From: an uncultured virus (IMG/VR IMGVR_UViG_3300003316_000129)
Lineage: Duplodnaviria; Heunggongvirae; Uroviricota; Caudoviricetes
Strand: one strand, 5' to 3'
DNA length: 64,000 nt
IMG/VR virus record: IMGVR_UViG_3300003316_000129
Positions 49,885 to 60,126 of the stretch are shown here, piece after piece; positions within the stretch are counted from its first letter, which is position 1, and each line of letters begins with the position of its first letter. The translations under genes and the position numbers were made by a program. The notes beneath the pieces were generated by a model. It was not told the DNA's origin and made no database searches. It was given only the letters and a program-made list of their open reading frames with translations.

Positions 49885-52800
49885 ATGAAAAAGATATTAT
49901 TATTAGTATTCGTCTTAGTTAGCTTTATTGGTAAATCGCAACAAAGATTTCCAACAGGGTTCCCTACTCAGTTAAATACTGGATGGAATAGATGGGGGTA
50001 TGCAATGAGTGACAGTGGTCTTATTGTGGCCAATAGAGATACGAATTGGTTGGCTAAATTTAGTGGAACAATCGTTTTTAAGCCTTCTAATAAAGAATTT
50101 TATTGGTTTGATAGTACTACTCTTACGTGGAAGAGATTTGGATATTTAGATACAACCTCATTAAGCAATAGAATAAATCTTAAATTAAACATATCAGACA
50201 CAACAGGTAAGTGGCTAGAACAATCTACAAGATTAGTAGATACGATGTATCGAGTCAATGACTCTACAATAGGATATACGATTAAAGGGAATGTATATAC
50301 ATTCCAAATATTGGGTAGATCATCAGGTGGCGGCGGCGGAAGTGGTGTTACGAGTGTTGGATTGTCTATGCCATCTGCTTTTAGTGTATCAGGTTCTCCT
50401 GTTACTTCAAGCGGCACATTGGCTGTATCTGGCGCGGGAACCACATTGCAATATATGAGAGGGAATGGTACATTGGCCACTACAGATACTACTATGGTGC
50501 CTAATTTTTATTTAAAGGTTCGAGGATTGTTATCTGGTACATCGCCAATAACATTCAATACTACTACGGGCGCAATAGGGATTACAAATGCAAACACTTC
50601 TGGTACTAAAGGGGCAGCTACCTTTAGTTCATCTTCATTTTCAGACAATGGGTTGGGGTTAATAAGCTTAGTTGATGTTGTTAGTGCTGGAAGCTGCAAT
50701 AATTGCAATGTAGTTTTTGATAGTAAAGGTAGAGCTACATCATTTTCAAATGGAAGTGGAGGTGTTGTTATTGATACTGCTGATAATGGACTAACTAAAG
50801 TACAAGACACAATTAGGCTTGGAGATGTATCTGGCCCCGGTGCGCCACTCAAACATAATACATTTATTGATAATAATGGATTTAAGTTTCAATTAGAAGA
50901 TAGGACTACTGGCGCTACGTTACAAATTGATCCAGCAAATGGGGCGTATCAGATCGGTAAGAATGTCACCAATGGCGCATATCTTGGTCTTGATACGATT
51001 CTGCACCAGTTCACGCTTCAATCTGGAAACGCTGCTTATATAAATATGGATGCTTCTATAAACCATTTTAAGGTGGTAATGCAAAGTGGATTTCCATTTC
51101 TTGATTTGGACGCTGACAATGGAACGCATAAGATAGGGGATGTTTCCTCATTTGGAAGCGGGAATAATACATATTTAAATGTTGATGATGCAAATTCTCA
51201 GTTCATATTTAGTACGGGCGGAGTAACAAAAGCATTGTTGGATGCTAACGGTCAATGGAAGTGGCCTGGTTATCCGGCATTAACGGCCCAAATAGACACT
51301 ACAACATACAAACCAATAGCAATAGATGGTTCTGGTAATGTAGTGAAAATGGCCGGATGGGCAGGGAGCGGGGGCGGTGGTACTGGTGGTGGGATTGCTT
51401 ATATATATTCATCTACGGCTCCCACAGGGAATGATACATCTAAGCTATGGGTTAAGACTCCCGCTATTGCTGGGGTATATGATGTGTACACTCATATTTC
51501 TAATGCGCAACCATTATGGCAACGTTTTGGGTGGTTGACTATTGATGGTTTTTTTTCGACATTATCCCCTATCAATCTCGCTGGTGCCGGACAATCTAAT
51601 ATGGGGGGCGTATATCCAGGAGGTGATACTTCATGGGTAAACGGAATTGTAGCATACACAAGCGGGTCGGCTAATTCTGGAATAGATAATCCTACGCATT
51701 GGGAGACTGCTCGAATAGGCAAGTCTCCATTCTACTTAGACAATAATAATATGGCTTATCAGTTTGCTAAGAACCTAAGAATAAAGGAGGGTCGAATAGT
51801 CAGAATAGTTATGACATATCAGGGTGGGGTAGGGTTAAGTGCATGGCTATGCGGAAGCCCACATTATCTGCTAGATACATTGCGCAATAGGCTATCAAGA
51901 TCGGGCATCGATACTTTACAGGCGTTTTTGTGGCATCATGGCGAAGCGGGTGGATGTACAGGTAACCTATCGGGGGGGTACTATAAGGACATGGCTGATT
52001 TTTACGACACGCTTTGCGTCAATACAAATGGATTCTTTCGAAATGTGACACAATTTATAGCCGGAGAATTAGGAGGATTAGATGCAGCAAATAGGAATAC
52101 GGAATGGCCTTTTACATCTGCTAATGGGGCAATAAGAAAGATGAATGAAGATGGTAATTTGAATACCGCATCTGTGCCATCCTATAGTCTATCTCGTTGT
52201 GATGACACTCACTTCTGTGGGACAGCATTAGATACGATGGGGCTGCGTATGTATGGGGCGTATAAAGAAATGCCTCATACTGTTGCATATGAAACAAGAC
52301 AGCTAAGGGGCAACTTCGATACAACATACGAACAGTTAAAGTATGATGAATCTAATTTTCTCGAACCTGCTTCTGGCAGTGGGTTTTTGTATAAATACTA
52401 CACTACTTCATTTGCCTGGCGTGTAGGCGGAATCAATACCCTTGCAATTAATAATGATGGAACAGTTGGGGTGTCTAATGCAGACGCAATTCCTGGGGTT
52501 AATACGAGCGCTGGATTAAAAGTAAATAGCAGGATGTCGTTAGCAGATGGAACTAACTCGATTATTGCAATAAACTTCAATCCTAATGCAACGGGAGGAC
52601 TTCAACGAAATGTTATATTCACAAATTATTCATCAAACTGGAATTTAAACCCTGAATCGGACAATGTTTTCATGGGTTACAATGCAGGAGCTACAGCCAG
52701 TAGGATGTCATTGAACTCTGTAATGATTGGAAGCGATGCAGGTAATGGACTTACACCTGCTGGATCAGGGGATTATAATATAGGGATTGGTAAAGGTGTA

Positions 52801-53766
52801 TTCACGAGTAGTGCTGTGGCTGCATGGACGATTGCGATAGGACACTTGAATGGTGCCGGAATGTATGGTGGTGGGAATACATTAATAGGTCACGAAGTTT
52901 CTTGTCCTGCTAATATAAGCAATGCTAGTGTATATGGATATACTGCTGTAGCTGATAGCAGTAATCAGGTCGTGCTAGGAAACTCAGATATAACACAATT
53001 GAAAGTTGGGGATAATATCAGATTCAAAGTAAGTGCAACCCCTAATAACGGAGATACATGGGTGTATGATAATAGCACACAAGAATTTAAGCCTCAAGCT
53101 CTTTCATCTGTAACTACCATATACAATGGTAATGGGACATTGTCGGGGAATAGAACGGTTACCGGAGGAAGCAATAGTTTGACATTTAATGGTATATCTA
53201 ATTTCAAGGTTAATGCAAATGTGCTTGCGATCGATAAAAGTACAGCAACTGCACCCTATTCGTTTGGAGTAATAGGTGCTTCAAATCAATTATGGGTTGG
53301 TTATACTCCAACAGCAGCAGTTTATAGTAAAGGAGCGGCAATGATCATTGATACCAATAACAATGTGAGTTTGGGAGATGCGATCATACCGACTACAGCC
53401 CCTTTGTATAGTGCAGGAGGTTCTGTTTATGCTGATGCATTACAGTTAGAGGCTAGTATATTCCAGAAAGTACAATCTGTTACTTCTGACATTACAGCTA
53501 CTTTGTATCAATACTATTTCAGGATAGATGCCACATCCGGTAATATAACCATTACTCTCCCGGCCGCTAGTACTGCGTTTGGGAATAGTATAGGGATAAA
53601 GTATGTATTTAAGAGAATAGATAATAGTGCGAATACGGTTACAATTCAAAGGGCTGGAACCCCTGGAACGGATACGATAGACGGAGCGGCATCATTCGTA
53701 TTAAATACTCAGTATGAGGTAAAGAGATTGCAATGTTCTAGTGCTTCTACATGGGATATTGAATAA
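49885..53766 (+). CDS. Tail fibre/spike with central SGNH (sialate O-acetylesterase/CE6-like) domain
   Basis: GGGGSGVTSVGLSMP fibre repeats; GQSNM, WHHGEA and DDTHF catalytic blocks; NxxIG repeats; C-terminal ITLP.A..KRID.S.N.VTI. Confidence 0.8.
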   Translation: MKKILLLVFVLVSFIGKSQQRFPTGFPTQLNTGWNRWGYAMSDSGLIVANRDTNWLAKFSGTIVFKPSNKEFYWFDSTTLTWKRFGYLDTTSLSNRINLKLNISDTTGKWLEQSTRLVDTMYRVNDSTIGYTIKGNVYTFQILGRSSGGGGGSGVTSVGLSMPSAFSVSGSPVTSSGTLAVSGAGTTLQYMRGNGTLATTDTTMVPNFYLKVRGLLSGTSPITFNTTTGAIGITNANTSGTKGAATFSSSSFSDNGLGLISLVDVVSAGSCNNCNVVFDSKGRATSFSNGSGGVVIDTADNGLTKVQDTIRLGDVSGPGAPLKHNTFIDNNGFKFQLEDRTTGATLQIDPANGAYQIGKNVTNGAYLGLDTILHQFTLQSGNAAYINMDASINHFKVVMQSGFPFLDLDADNGTHKIGDVSSFGSGNNTYLNVDDANSQFIFSTGGVTKALLDANGQWKWPGYPALTAQIDTTTYKPIAIDGSGNVVKMAGWAGSGGGGTGGGIAYIYSSTAPTGNDTSKLWVKTPAIAGVYDVYTHISNAQPLWQRFGWLTIDGFFSTLSPINLAGAGQSNMGGVYPGGDTSWVNGIVAYTSGSANSGIDNPTHWETARIGKSPFYLDNNNMAYQFAKNLRIKEGRIVRIVMTYQGGVGLSAWLCGSPHYLLDTLRNRLSRSGIDTLQAFLWHHGEAGGCTGNLSGGYYKDMADFYDTLCVNTNGFFRNVTQFIAGELGGLDAANRNTEWPFTSANGAIRKMNEDGNLNTASVPSYSLSRCDDTHFCGTALDTMGLRMYGAYKEMPHTVAYETRQLRGNFDTTYEQLKYDESNFLEPASGSGFLYKYYTTSFAWRVGGINTLAINNDGTVGVSNADAIPGVNTSAGLKVNSRMSLADGTNSIIAINFNPNATGGLQRNVIFTNYSSNWNLNPESDNVFMGYNAGATASRMSLNSVMIGSDAGNGLTPAGSGDYNIGIGKGVFTSSAVAAWTIAIGHLNGAGMYGGGNTLIGHEVSCPANISNASVYGYTAVADSSNQVVLGNSDITQLKVGDNIRFKVSATPNNGDTWVYDNSTQEFKPQALSSVTTIYNGNGTLSGNRTVTGGSNSLTFNGISNFKVNANVLAIDKSTATAPYSFGVIGASNQLWVGYTPTAAVYSKGAAMIIDTNNNVSLGDAIIPTTAPLYSAGGSVYADALQLEASIFQKVQSVTSDITATLYQYYFRIDATSGNITITLPAASTAFGNSIGIKYVFKRIDNSANTVTIQRAGTPGTDTIDGAASFVLNTQYEVKRLQCSSASTWDIE

Positions 53767-53844
53767 AATGATATAGTGATATGAGGATTTATTTTTAAGA
53801 GACGGGGCATTAAATATTTCATAAGCAGTTTAAATTAACATAAC

Positions 53845-54213
53845 ATGTCATATTTGCCTAATCCATATAAATTATTAGGGAAGAAAGTTAGTGCTAATAT
53901 GAATAGCACTTCCGATCAGGTTATCGCAATGGGCGCTAGTAAATACTTTATTGACAAAGTAGTAATTACTAATGCGTCAACAAATTTAACATTGGCAGTA
54001 GGTGGGTTATATACAGCAGCATCTAAGGGTGGTACTCAGATAATAGCAAATACACAAGTGTTTTCTGCGTTAACAGTGGGCACGAAAATATTACTATTGA
54101 CATCACTGATTACAGGGGATGTGATAACTGCTGGGCAGCTTTATTTATCATTAACGACTGCTCAGGGGGCTACTGCTACCGCCGATTTATATATCTATGG
54201 ATACGAATTATAA
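53845..54213 (+). CDS. Small structural beta-sandwich protein
   Basis: T/A/G-rich; ends ATADLYIYGY. Confidence 0.55.
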   Translation: MSYLPNPYKLLGKKVSANMNSTSDQVIAMGASKYFIDKVVITNASTNLTLAVGGLYTAASKGGTQIIANTQVFSALTVGTKILLLTSLITGDVITAGQLYLSLTTAQGATATADLYIYGYEL

Positions 54214-54234
54214 TGATACCAAAAACAAACAAAA

Positions 54235-54624
54235 ATGATTAATTACATATTTGATTACGCTGCGTTTTTACTTGGGTCTGTTTTGTACGTATTAGGTAAA
54301 ATACAAGAGTTTAAGGAGTTGGCAGAGGCCAACCCCGACCCTAATGTGAAGTACGATTTCAAGCATATGATTTCAAAAGAGGCGATAAATTTTATTCGCT
54401 TATTAGTTGGGGGCATTGCATTAGTATGGTTCATGCCAATGTTAATTGGCGGTGCTACTGTCGATATAAAAAGCACAGAGGGCGCTGTTATCACTACATT
54501 AGCGCTTCAAACTTTATTATTGCCGTTTTATTTTTTTGTTGGCTATTCAGGAAATAGTGCGCTGTTTGCCATATTCGGGAAGTACAAAAAAACATTACTA
54601 AATAGGGTTGGTGTTCAGGATTAA
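54235..54624 (+). CDS. Holin-like three-TM membrane protein
   Basis: Three hydrophobic segments, basic C-terminus, first gene of the lysis region. Confidence 0.5.
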   Translation: MINYIFDYAAFLLGSVLYVLGKIQEFKELAEANPDPNVKYDFKHMISKEAINFIRLLVGGIALVWFMPMLIGGATVDIKSTEGAVITTLALQTLLLPFYFFVGYSGNSALFAIFGKYKKTLLNRVGVQD

Positions 54625-54639
54625 ATAAATTAGTTGTAT

Positions 54640-54810
54640 ATGAGTAATATAAAAAAACTAAAATCCTTACTTGAAGAGGTAAAAAAGACTCACACGAAGA
54701 TAGGAGAACAAATAAAAGAAATAGAAAATGAAATTGAGCTACTTAGTGAGATGTCTAATGAAGAAGATGGCGGAGGTGGTAATAACCCTGAGCCGCCTGA
54801 TATACCATAA
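54640..54810 (+). CDS. 56-aa coiled-coil peptide with acidic G/P tail (not in ORF track)
   Basis: MSNIKKLKSLLEEVKK...NEEDGGGGNNPEPPDIP. Confidence 0.55.
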   Translation: MSNIKKLKSLLEEVKKTHTKIGEQIKEIENEIELLSEMSNEEDGGGGNNPEPPDIP

Positions 54811-55150
54811 TTCATTTCAATTATCACTAACGGTATACACATCTGGCTTAATTACCTTTCATACATTTGCGTTCTTTAATAACAATAATTGGAAGAAAGT
54901 ATATTATGTATGGGATAATACAGTGGATTCATTATTTATAATAGCATTATATCAATTACTCCCAAACCATAGGAAAACCATTCTGTATATTTTAATTTAT
55001 TCATTATGCCGTCTAAGTTTCAGAATAACGGATATATTTCTAGGGTTGGGAGCAAATCATCCAGCTACGATAAACGCATTGTTCATGATAATGTTAATGG
55101 GTTTATTAATAGTAACAATCCGACAAATAATCAGCGAATGGAAACAATAA
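54767..55150 (+). CDS. Four-TM membrane protein
   Basis: Hydrophobic segments. Confidence 0.55.
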   Translation: MAEVVITLSRLIYHNSFQLSLTVYTSGLITFHTFAFFNNNNWKKVYYVWDNTVDSLFIIALYQLLPNHRKTILYILIYSLCRLSFRITDIFLGLGANHPATINALFMIMLMGLLIVTIRQIISEWKQ

Positions 55151-55359
55151 TTACTATTTTTTCTTTTTTGGGTGTAAGCTCCTACGTCCTCGGCATTCTT
55201 TTAAATCTAAACACAATTAAGTCGGATATTCTTTTCTTCTTTGGGTTAATATTTATCGTCGCTAAGCTCGTTAGGTATTCTGTAAGAACCTGGCAAGCGT
55301 ACAAAAGAGAAGAAATAGAACAGGAAATACTTAGAAAAAAAATAGAAGATGATGAGTGA
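55138..55359 (+). CDS. Two-TM holin-like protein
   Basis: Two TM helices and a charged C-terminus. Confidence 0.55.
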   Translation: METIITIFSFLGVSSYVLGILLNLNTIKSDILFFFGLIFIVAKLVRYSVRTWQAYKREEIEQEILRKKIEDDE

Positions 55360-55402
55360 ATATTTTGTTGAAACCGGAAGTTTCAAATAAATTTGGCCAA
55401 GT

Positions 55403-55585
55403 ATGTATAGGGATGAATATTTACGATTCAATGAATTGATTAAAAAAGCTAACGTAAGTCGCTCTACTTTGTATAGATTGATAAAATCCGGGGCAATAAA
55501 AATTGAAAAAATAGGCACCTTGAATTTATATTCTTATAAGGATGTTATAAATAATAAACCGCGTAAAAATGAAGCTAGAAGTTAA
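55403..55585 (+). CDS. AlpA/excisionase-like HTH protein
   Basis: YLR..EL.....VSRSTLYRLIK.G. Confidence 0.65.
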   Translation: MYRDEYLRFNELIKKANVSRSTLYRLIKSGAIKIEKIGTLNLYSYKDVINNKPRKNEARS

Positions 55586-56333
55586 GCCTGTTGTAGTATA
55601 TGCCGTATTGATTGGGGCTCTTATTATGGTCGTTATGTTGGTAAGGGGATGTAAAGAAACCAGAAGAGTAAATCAAGCTAATGAGCTATTGCAAGCTACC
55701 AAAGACAGTATTTCAAATATATTGATTCGCTCTAAAGCGCATAGTGATAGCAGTAAAAAAGCATACGAGGAAAGAATAGAGTTTGAGCAGGGTCAAAAAG
55801 AATTGGCGCTGGCACAAAAAGAGCGAACAGAAAATGATTTGAGTGCTCTAAATAAACAGGTGGCGGCGATTATTGATAAATACAAATACTCCAAATATAC
55901 CGATACCAATGCTGTTACTGTGCCAAATGAGTACGTAGCCAATTGTCATGATTGCTTCACGCAACTTGAATCTCAAAATTCCCTTTTTAATAAGTATAAA
56001 AAAAATGTAAATGACCTGACATCTAAATGGGATCAACAGGATAATATTTACAAAAACAGAATCAACGAACTGGGGGCAGAAAAGAAATTGCTTTCAGATA
56101 GTATAGGCATTTTGAATGAAAGTCAGCAGAAAAATATTAAACAATTAGAACCACATAGGAAGATGTATTTGTCTGGTGGAGTACTTTGGCATCCGTGGCC
56201 TTGGGGTGTTGGGGCTGGTCTTTTATATAAAAACAAAAAAGATGTTATTTGGGGGGCTAAATGGTACTATTCTTCTCAAGGGCAACTAATAGAAACAACT
56301 ATAAATTTCCCTCTTTCTTTAAGATTTAAATAA
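55569..56333 (+). CDS. Spanin-like lipoprotein
   Basis: TM segment plus LVRGC lipobox, long coiled coil, amphipathic beta C-terminus. Confidence 0.55.
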   Translation: MKLEVKPVVVYAVLIGALIMVVMLVRGCKETRRVNQANELLQATKDSISNILIRSKAHSDSSKKAYEERIEFEQGQKELALAQKERTENDLSALNKQVAAIIDKYKYSKYTDTNAVTVPNEYVANCHDCFTQLESQNSLFNKYKKNVNDLTSKWDQQDNIYKNRINELGAEKKLLSDSIGILNESQQKNIKQLEPHRKMYLSGGVLWHPWPWGVGAGLLYKNKKDVIWGAKWYYSSQGQLIETTINFPLSLRFK

Positions 56334-56341
56334 AAACAAAA

Positions 56342-56539
56342 ATGAATCTCACAAAATCAATTTTATTCACAGTGCTGTTAGTAGCACTTGCTGTTTTGGC
56401 TGTAATGGGGTGGCATTGGACAGATTTGGCTAAAACAAAATTCTGGTGGACATTTTGGGTTGTAGCTGCAATTGCAGCAATACCCGCATTTATCTTATTG
56501 GCATGGTGGTACGGGACTAAACGAAACGGTGATAAATGA
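56342..56539 (+). CDS. Two-TM membrane protein
   Basis: Hydrophobic, W-rich. Confidence 0.6.
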   Translation: MNLTKSILFTVLLVALAVLAVMGWHWTDLAKTKFWWTFWVVAAIAAIPAFILLAWWYGTKRNGDK

Positions 56540-56931
56540 GTTTTTTATTAAACCAATTGGTTTTGGCATTTTGGAATTATCTTAATTCCATTTTTGACGC
56601 CTATAGGATAATGAAAAATAAAACCATTGCGCATGGGGTCAACTTTGGTGTGTACGGATTAGTTGTTGCCTTGTTATGTATATTATTCCGATATGACATC
56701 TGGAATATTATTGTGTTCGGAATCTCTGCCTTTACAAATCGTCAGTTTACCTTCGATATACCATTAAACCTGCGACGTGACCTAGCATGGGATTATGTAA
56801 CAAAAGCTGACCCACCGGCAGCATGGTTGGATAGACAAGAGATCAAATTGTTTGGGCGTGATGGGCGAAAACCAATAATTGTGTACGGTGCAATGTGGAT
56901 AGTATGCTCAATAATTAAAATATTCATTTGA
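56536..56931 (+). CDS. Membrane protein
   Basis: I.HG; R..TFD..LN..R...W.Y motif. Confidence 0.6.
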   Translation: MSFLLNQLVLAFWNYLNSIFDAYRIMKNKTIAHGVNFGVYGLVVALLCILFRYDIWNIIVFGISAFTNRQFTFDIPLNLRRDLAWDYVTKADPPAAWLDRQEIKLFGRDGRKPIIVYGAMWIVCSIIKIFI

Positions 56932-57531
56932 ATGGTAATTACATCTGATATTTTAAAGCAAATTGCCCCAGCAAGTAAAAGAACCGGATTTATTCTATTA
57001 GAACCGCTGGCTACTTGGATGAATTATTGGCTCCCGGCTGCCGAAATAGACACCCCATCAGAGTTATGTCACTTTTTGGCGCAAGCGGCCCATGAGACGG
57101 ATTCCTTTAACTCTCTGATAGAATATGCCTCTGGGAGCGCATACGAAGGCCGCAAAGACCTTGGAAATGTAAATCCAGGGGATGGCGTCAAGTACAAAGG
57201 GAGAGGGATATTTCAAACTACGGGGCTTTCTAATTACGTAAGGCTAGATGGAGTTTTGAATGAGTTTGGAATTAGTTTTGAAAATAACCCCGCATTGCTT
57301 GCTGACCCAAAATGGGCTGTTTGGAGTGCTTGTGTTTTTTGGAATGACCGGCATCTATCAGATATAGCTAATATGCCAGATGGTACGCCAATATGGGTAA
57401 AGAGACTTGATGAGAATTTGACACCATTTCAGTACATCACATGGAGGATAAATGGCAGTATAAAAACAGTTCCAGATAGAGTTGTTTTTTATAAAAGAGC
57501 AAAAGGCATTTTCGCCTCGTTGAATAAATAG
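56932..57531 (+). CDS. GH19 (chitinase/lysozyme-like) endolysin
   Basis: HFLAQAAHET; E.ASG.AYEGRKDLGN..GDG.KYKGRG..Q.TG..NY; SA..FW; T.RING. Confidence 0.92.
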   Translation: MVITSDILKQIAPASKRTGFILLEPLATWMNYWLPAAEIDTPSELCHFLAQAAHETDSFNSLIEYASGSAYEGRKDLGNVNPGDGVKYKGRGIFQTTGLSNYVRLDGVLNEFGISFENNPALLADPKWAVWSACVFWNDRHLSDIANMPDGTPIWVKRLDENLTPFQYITWRINGSIKTVPDRVVFYKRAKGIFASLNK

Positions 57532-57615
57532 TTTTTGCTATATTTATGCCCGATGGAAACTTCTTAATTCACTAAATCTCCCTTTTTAGGATGTTTTCGT
57601 GAGGTCTAAAAGAGT

Positions 57616-57645
57616 AAAGCCGTGATATAATGTCACGGCTTTTTG
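57616..57645. terminator. Bidirectional terminator at the late/early convergence
   Basis: aaagccgtgata-taa-tgtcacggcttttt. Confidence 0.8.
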
Positions 57646-57672
57646 TTTTAAATCGCTTAGTCTATTAAGCGC

Positions 57673-57912
57673 TCATTCATCGGTAGCTATATCATAATAG
57701 CTGCATTTAATAGAGCCGTCCATATTGAGTATGAAGATTCTATTTGTTTTTCTATTCTTTAGCCATCCATAACCTTGCAGTTTGTTTTTATGAACGGCTG
57801 GGCATCCATATTTAGGGGCGCATCCAGATGCAGCAACAATAATAATCATTAGAATGATGAATATTATTACCGCATGTATGGCGCTTCTTCGGTATGAGTG
57901 AGGGGTCTGCAT
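57673..57912 (-). CDS. Lipoprotein
   Basis: Hydrophobic N-terminus plus ASGC lipobox. Confidence 0.65.
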   Translation of the reverse strand: MQTPHSYRRSAIHAVIIFIILMIIIVAASGCAPKYGCPAVHKNKLQGYGWLKNRKTNRIFILNMDGSIKCSYYDIATDE

Positions 57913-57913
57913 G

Positions 57914-58084
57914 TTAGTTTATTGTTGATTTTTTATACATTGTCGTATCACCGGGGCTGCCGTCAATTGTTTCAGCCACTACTTTAAAATAATAGGTAGT
58001 CCCTTTATCTGGCACTTTGTTATCTGATTTTTTACAACTAAAGGCCAAAACGATCAATGTCGTAATGATTAATACCTTCTTCAT
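57914..58084 (-). CDS. 56-aa lipoprotein (not in ORF track)
   Basis: MKKVLIITTLIVLAFSC KKSD...TTYYFKVVA. Confidence 0.65.
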   Translation of the reverse strand: MKKVLIITTLIVLAFSCKKSDNKVPDKGTTYYFKVVAETIDGSPGDTTMYKKSTIN

Positions 58085-58089
58085 AGAGT

Positions 58090-58620
58090 TTATTTTTTAA
58101 TTTTTAAGGTGTTTACTTTTATGGAATATGTTCTTTCTAACATACCATTTTCGGCTGGAATAGAATCAATTGCATGGTATTCCACGCCATCAGTTGAGAT
58201 AAGGATTTTGTATTGTTTTGCATTTGATACTTCGGCTACTTTAAAAGAGATCAATGCCTCTTTGTTTCCCATTGGTAGTACATCAAGAGAGAGGAATTTT
58301 GCCGGCATTGCGGATAATGTAAGCTCCACCCATCCAAAATCAGTATTGCCACAATTAGTCAAACTTTTTGCTTTGATTGTAGCAATAGCAGCAGGCGGCA
58401 TGAATAATAGATTTGAATTGCCTGGAATTGTCAAATTTACTTCTGATTGCGCATAAGAAACTTTAATAACGCTTTCGCATGATTGTTTGTTAGTCACAAG
58501 CACCGACGTATTGACCCATTCCAATTTTACTGAATTGTTTTCAGGGTATTGCCCTCCATTTTGGGCGATTGCTCCAAAGATCAAAAAGGTTCCCAATAGG
58601 GAAAGAATTAAATGTTTCAT
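58090..58620 (-). CDS. Secreted protein with Bacteroidota Ig-like domain
   Basis: Signal peptide ending AIA-Q; MPAKFLS..F.V.E..N...Y.I..S.DG..Y resembles the LPVxLxxF..E.N..F.VERS.DG domain. Confidence 0.65.
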   Translation of the reverse strand: MKHLILSLLGTFLIFGAIAQNGGQYPENNSVKLEWVNTSVLVTNKQSCESVIKVSYAQSEVNLTIPGNSNLLFMPPAAIATIKAKSLTNCGNTDFGWVELTLSAMPAKFLSLDVLPMGNKEALISFKVAEVSNAKQYKILISTDGVEYHAIDSIPAENGMLERTYSIKVNTLKIKK

Positions 58621-58723
58621 TTTATTGTTTTATAGATTAAAAATTGATTGCTTTTTTTAGGTATAAAAAAGAGTGGCGGTATGCTAGACCCACCCCAACC
58701 ACTCATAACACTTAAGTGTTTAA

Positions 58724-60126
58724 TTATATTTCACCACGTAAGGCAGCGGCATGAGTTCGCCCAAATGATGATGAACCACATATGGAACATGTACAGGATT
58801 CCAACACGATCGGATCATCGATCTTGTTGTGATGTTCATAGATCAATTCCCGCCGGGCATCCCAGCAATAAGATGCCCATCGGGGGTATGTATACCAACT
58901 GATTATTTTCCCGCTGGCTGATACTATAAGTGGATCGCCTTTGTCGTTACATATGTGGTTTATCATAAAATTTGCTTAGTCTTTAGGTCGTATAATGCTC
59001 GTTTTAATCACTTCTTCCGAAGGATAACTGCCGTTTTTTTCAACATACGCAAGTATTGAATCATATGCTTTTTGGGCTTCTGATTGATCTTTGCCCGCGT
59101 AAGGAATTTCACCGTTGACGGATACGTAATACCAGACCTCAATCTCTTGAGTATCACTTAGGCGCGGTTTCTTATATAGTTTAAGGGTTGTCACTTGTAT
59201 TTCTTTTTTTTCTGACATTTTATTTATGGTTTAGAGTGAATGAAGTATGTCTTGCCGTTTTTAGTGAATGAGAATAAGGGGGCATAAGTAGCTAGTGGTT
59301 TATCAAATACGTGTTCCTCAGTGTCTTGCTCATTTACGTAATGGTAGCCCTTATTGCTCCAATGAGAATATAGTAATGTTTCGTTTTTGCCGTTTATTGT
59401 TACGGTATATTTAATGTGTGTCATAAAATGTTATTCGTTTTAAATTGTGTTTGGTTTTATTTTGCAAATAAACCATCCGGGTTTATTACCTCCTTTCTTT
59501 TCAGCATCTTCAATGGTATCGTAATATTTTATACACCCGCTTTTATCTGTAGAAAAAACGATACCCATTGCTGATTTGTATTTATAAACGTATTTGCCGA
59601 TTGCTTCAGGTGGATGGATTATTTTTTTCATGTAATAGTAGTTAGGTATAAGATAAACTAAGATTGACCAAATCTACCTTTATCTATCCAGATGAGTAAG
59701 CCATTTTCAGACGGTCGCAACATAACAGAATAACCCTTAGAAAGTATTTTAGTTATAATGTTATTACGTCTTCGGATTGAATAGTCAAATTCTTGCATAT
59801 GCTTATACGGCAGATCGCCATAGGTTACATTCCAATATCCAACAATTATTTTCATTAGTTATTAATTTAATTTATTAGGTTTTTGTATAGTCTTGTAATC
59901 GTTCAATTTCATTTCTTAGCATAGTCGCCGTGTACATGTCGCCTTCGCTTTCGCACACGTTTGCTGCATTATTGGCTAAATCAAAAAGTGTTTTAAGTTG
60001 TTCCATTTGCCATTCTGCACCAGCTTTAAAGGAATGGAACTTTGCTTCAGTAATGGTTTTTGGTTTTGGCTGTCCATATTTAACATGATAATGTGCCGCG
60101 CCATCTACTGTTTGGTTTACTATCAT
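58724..60126 (-). CDS. Six small leftward hypothetical genes (58724-58966, 58976-59218, 59224-59424, 59440-59631, 59658-59855, 59875-60126)
   Basis: Co-oriented short ORFs with A-rich start contexts. Confidence 0.6.
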
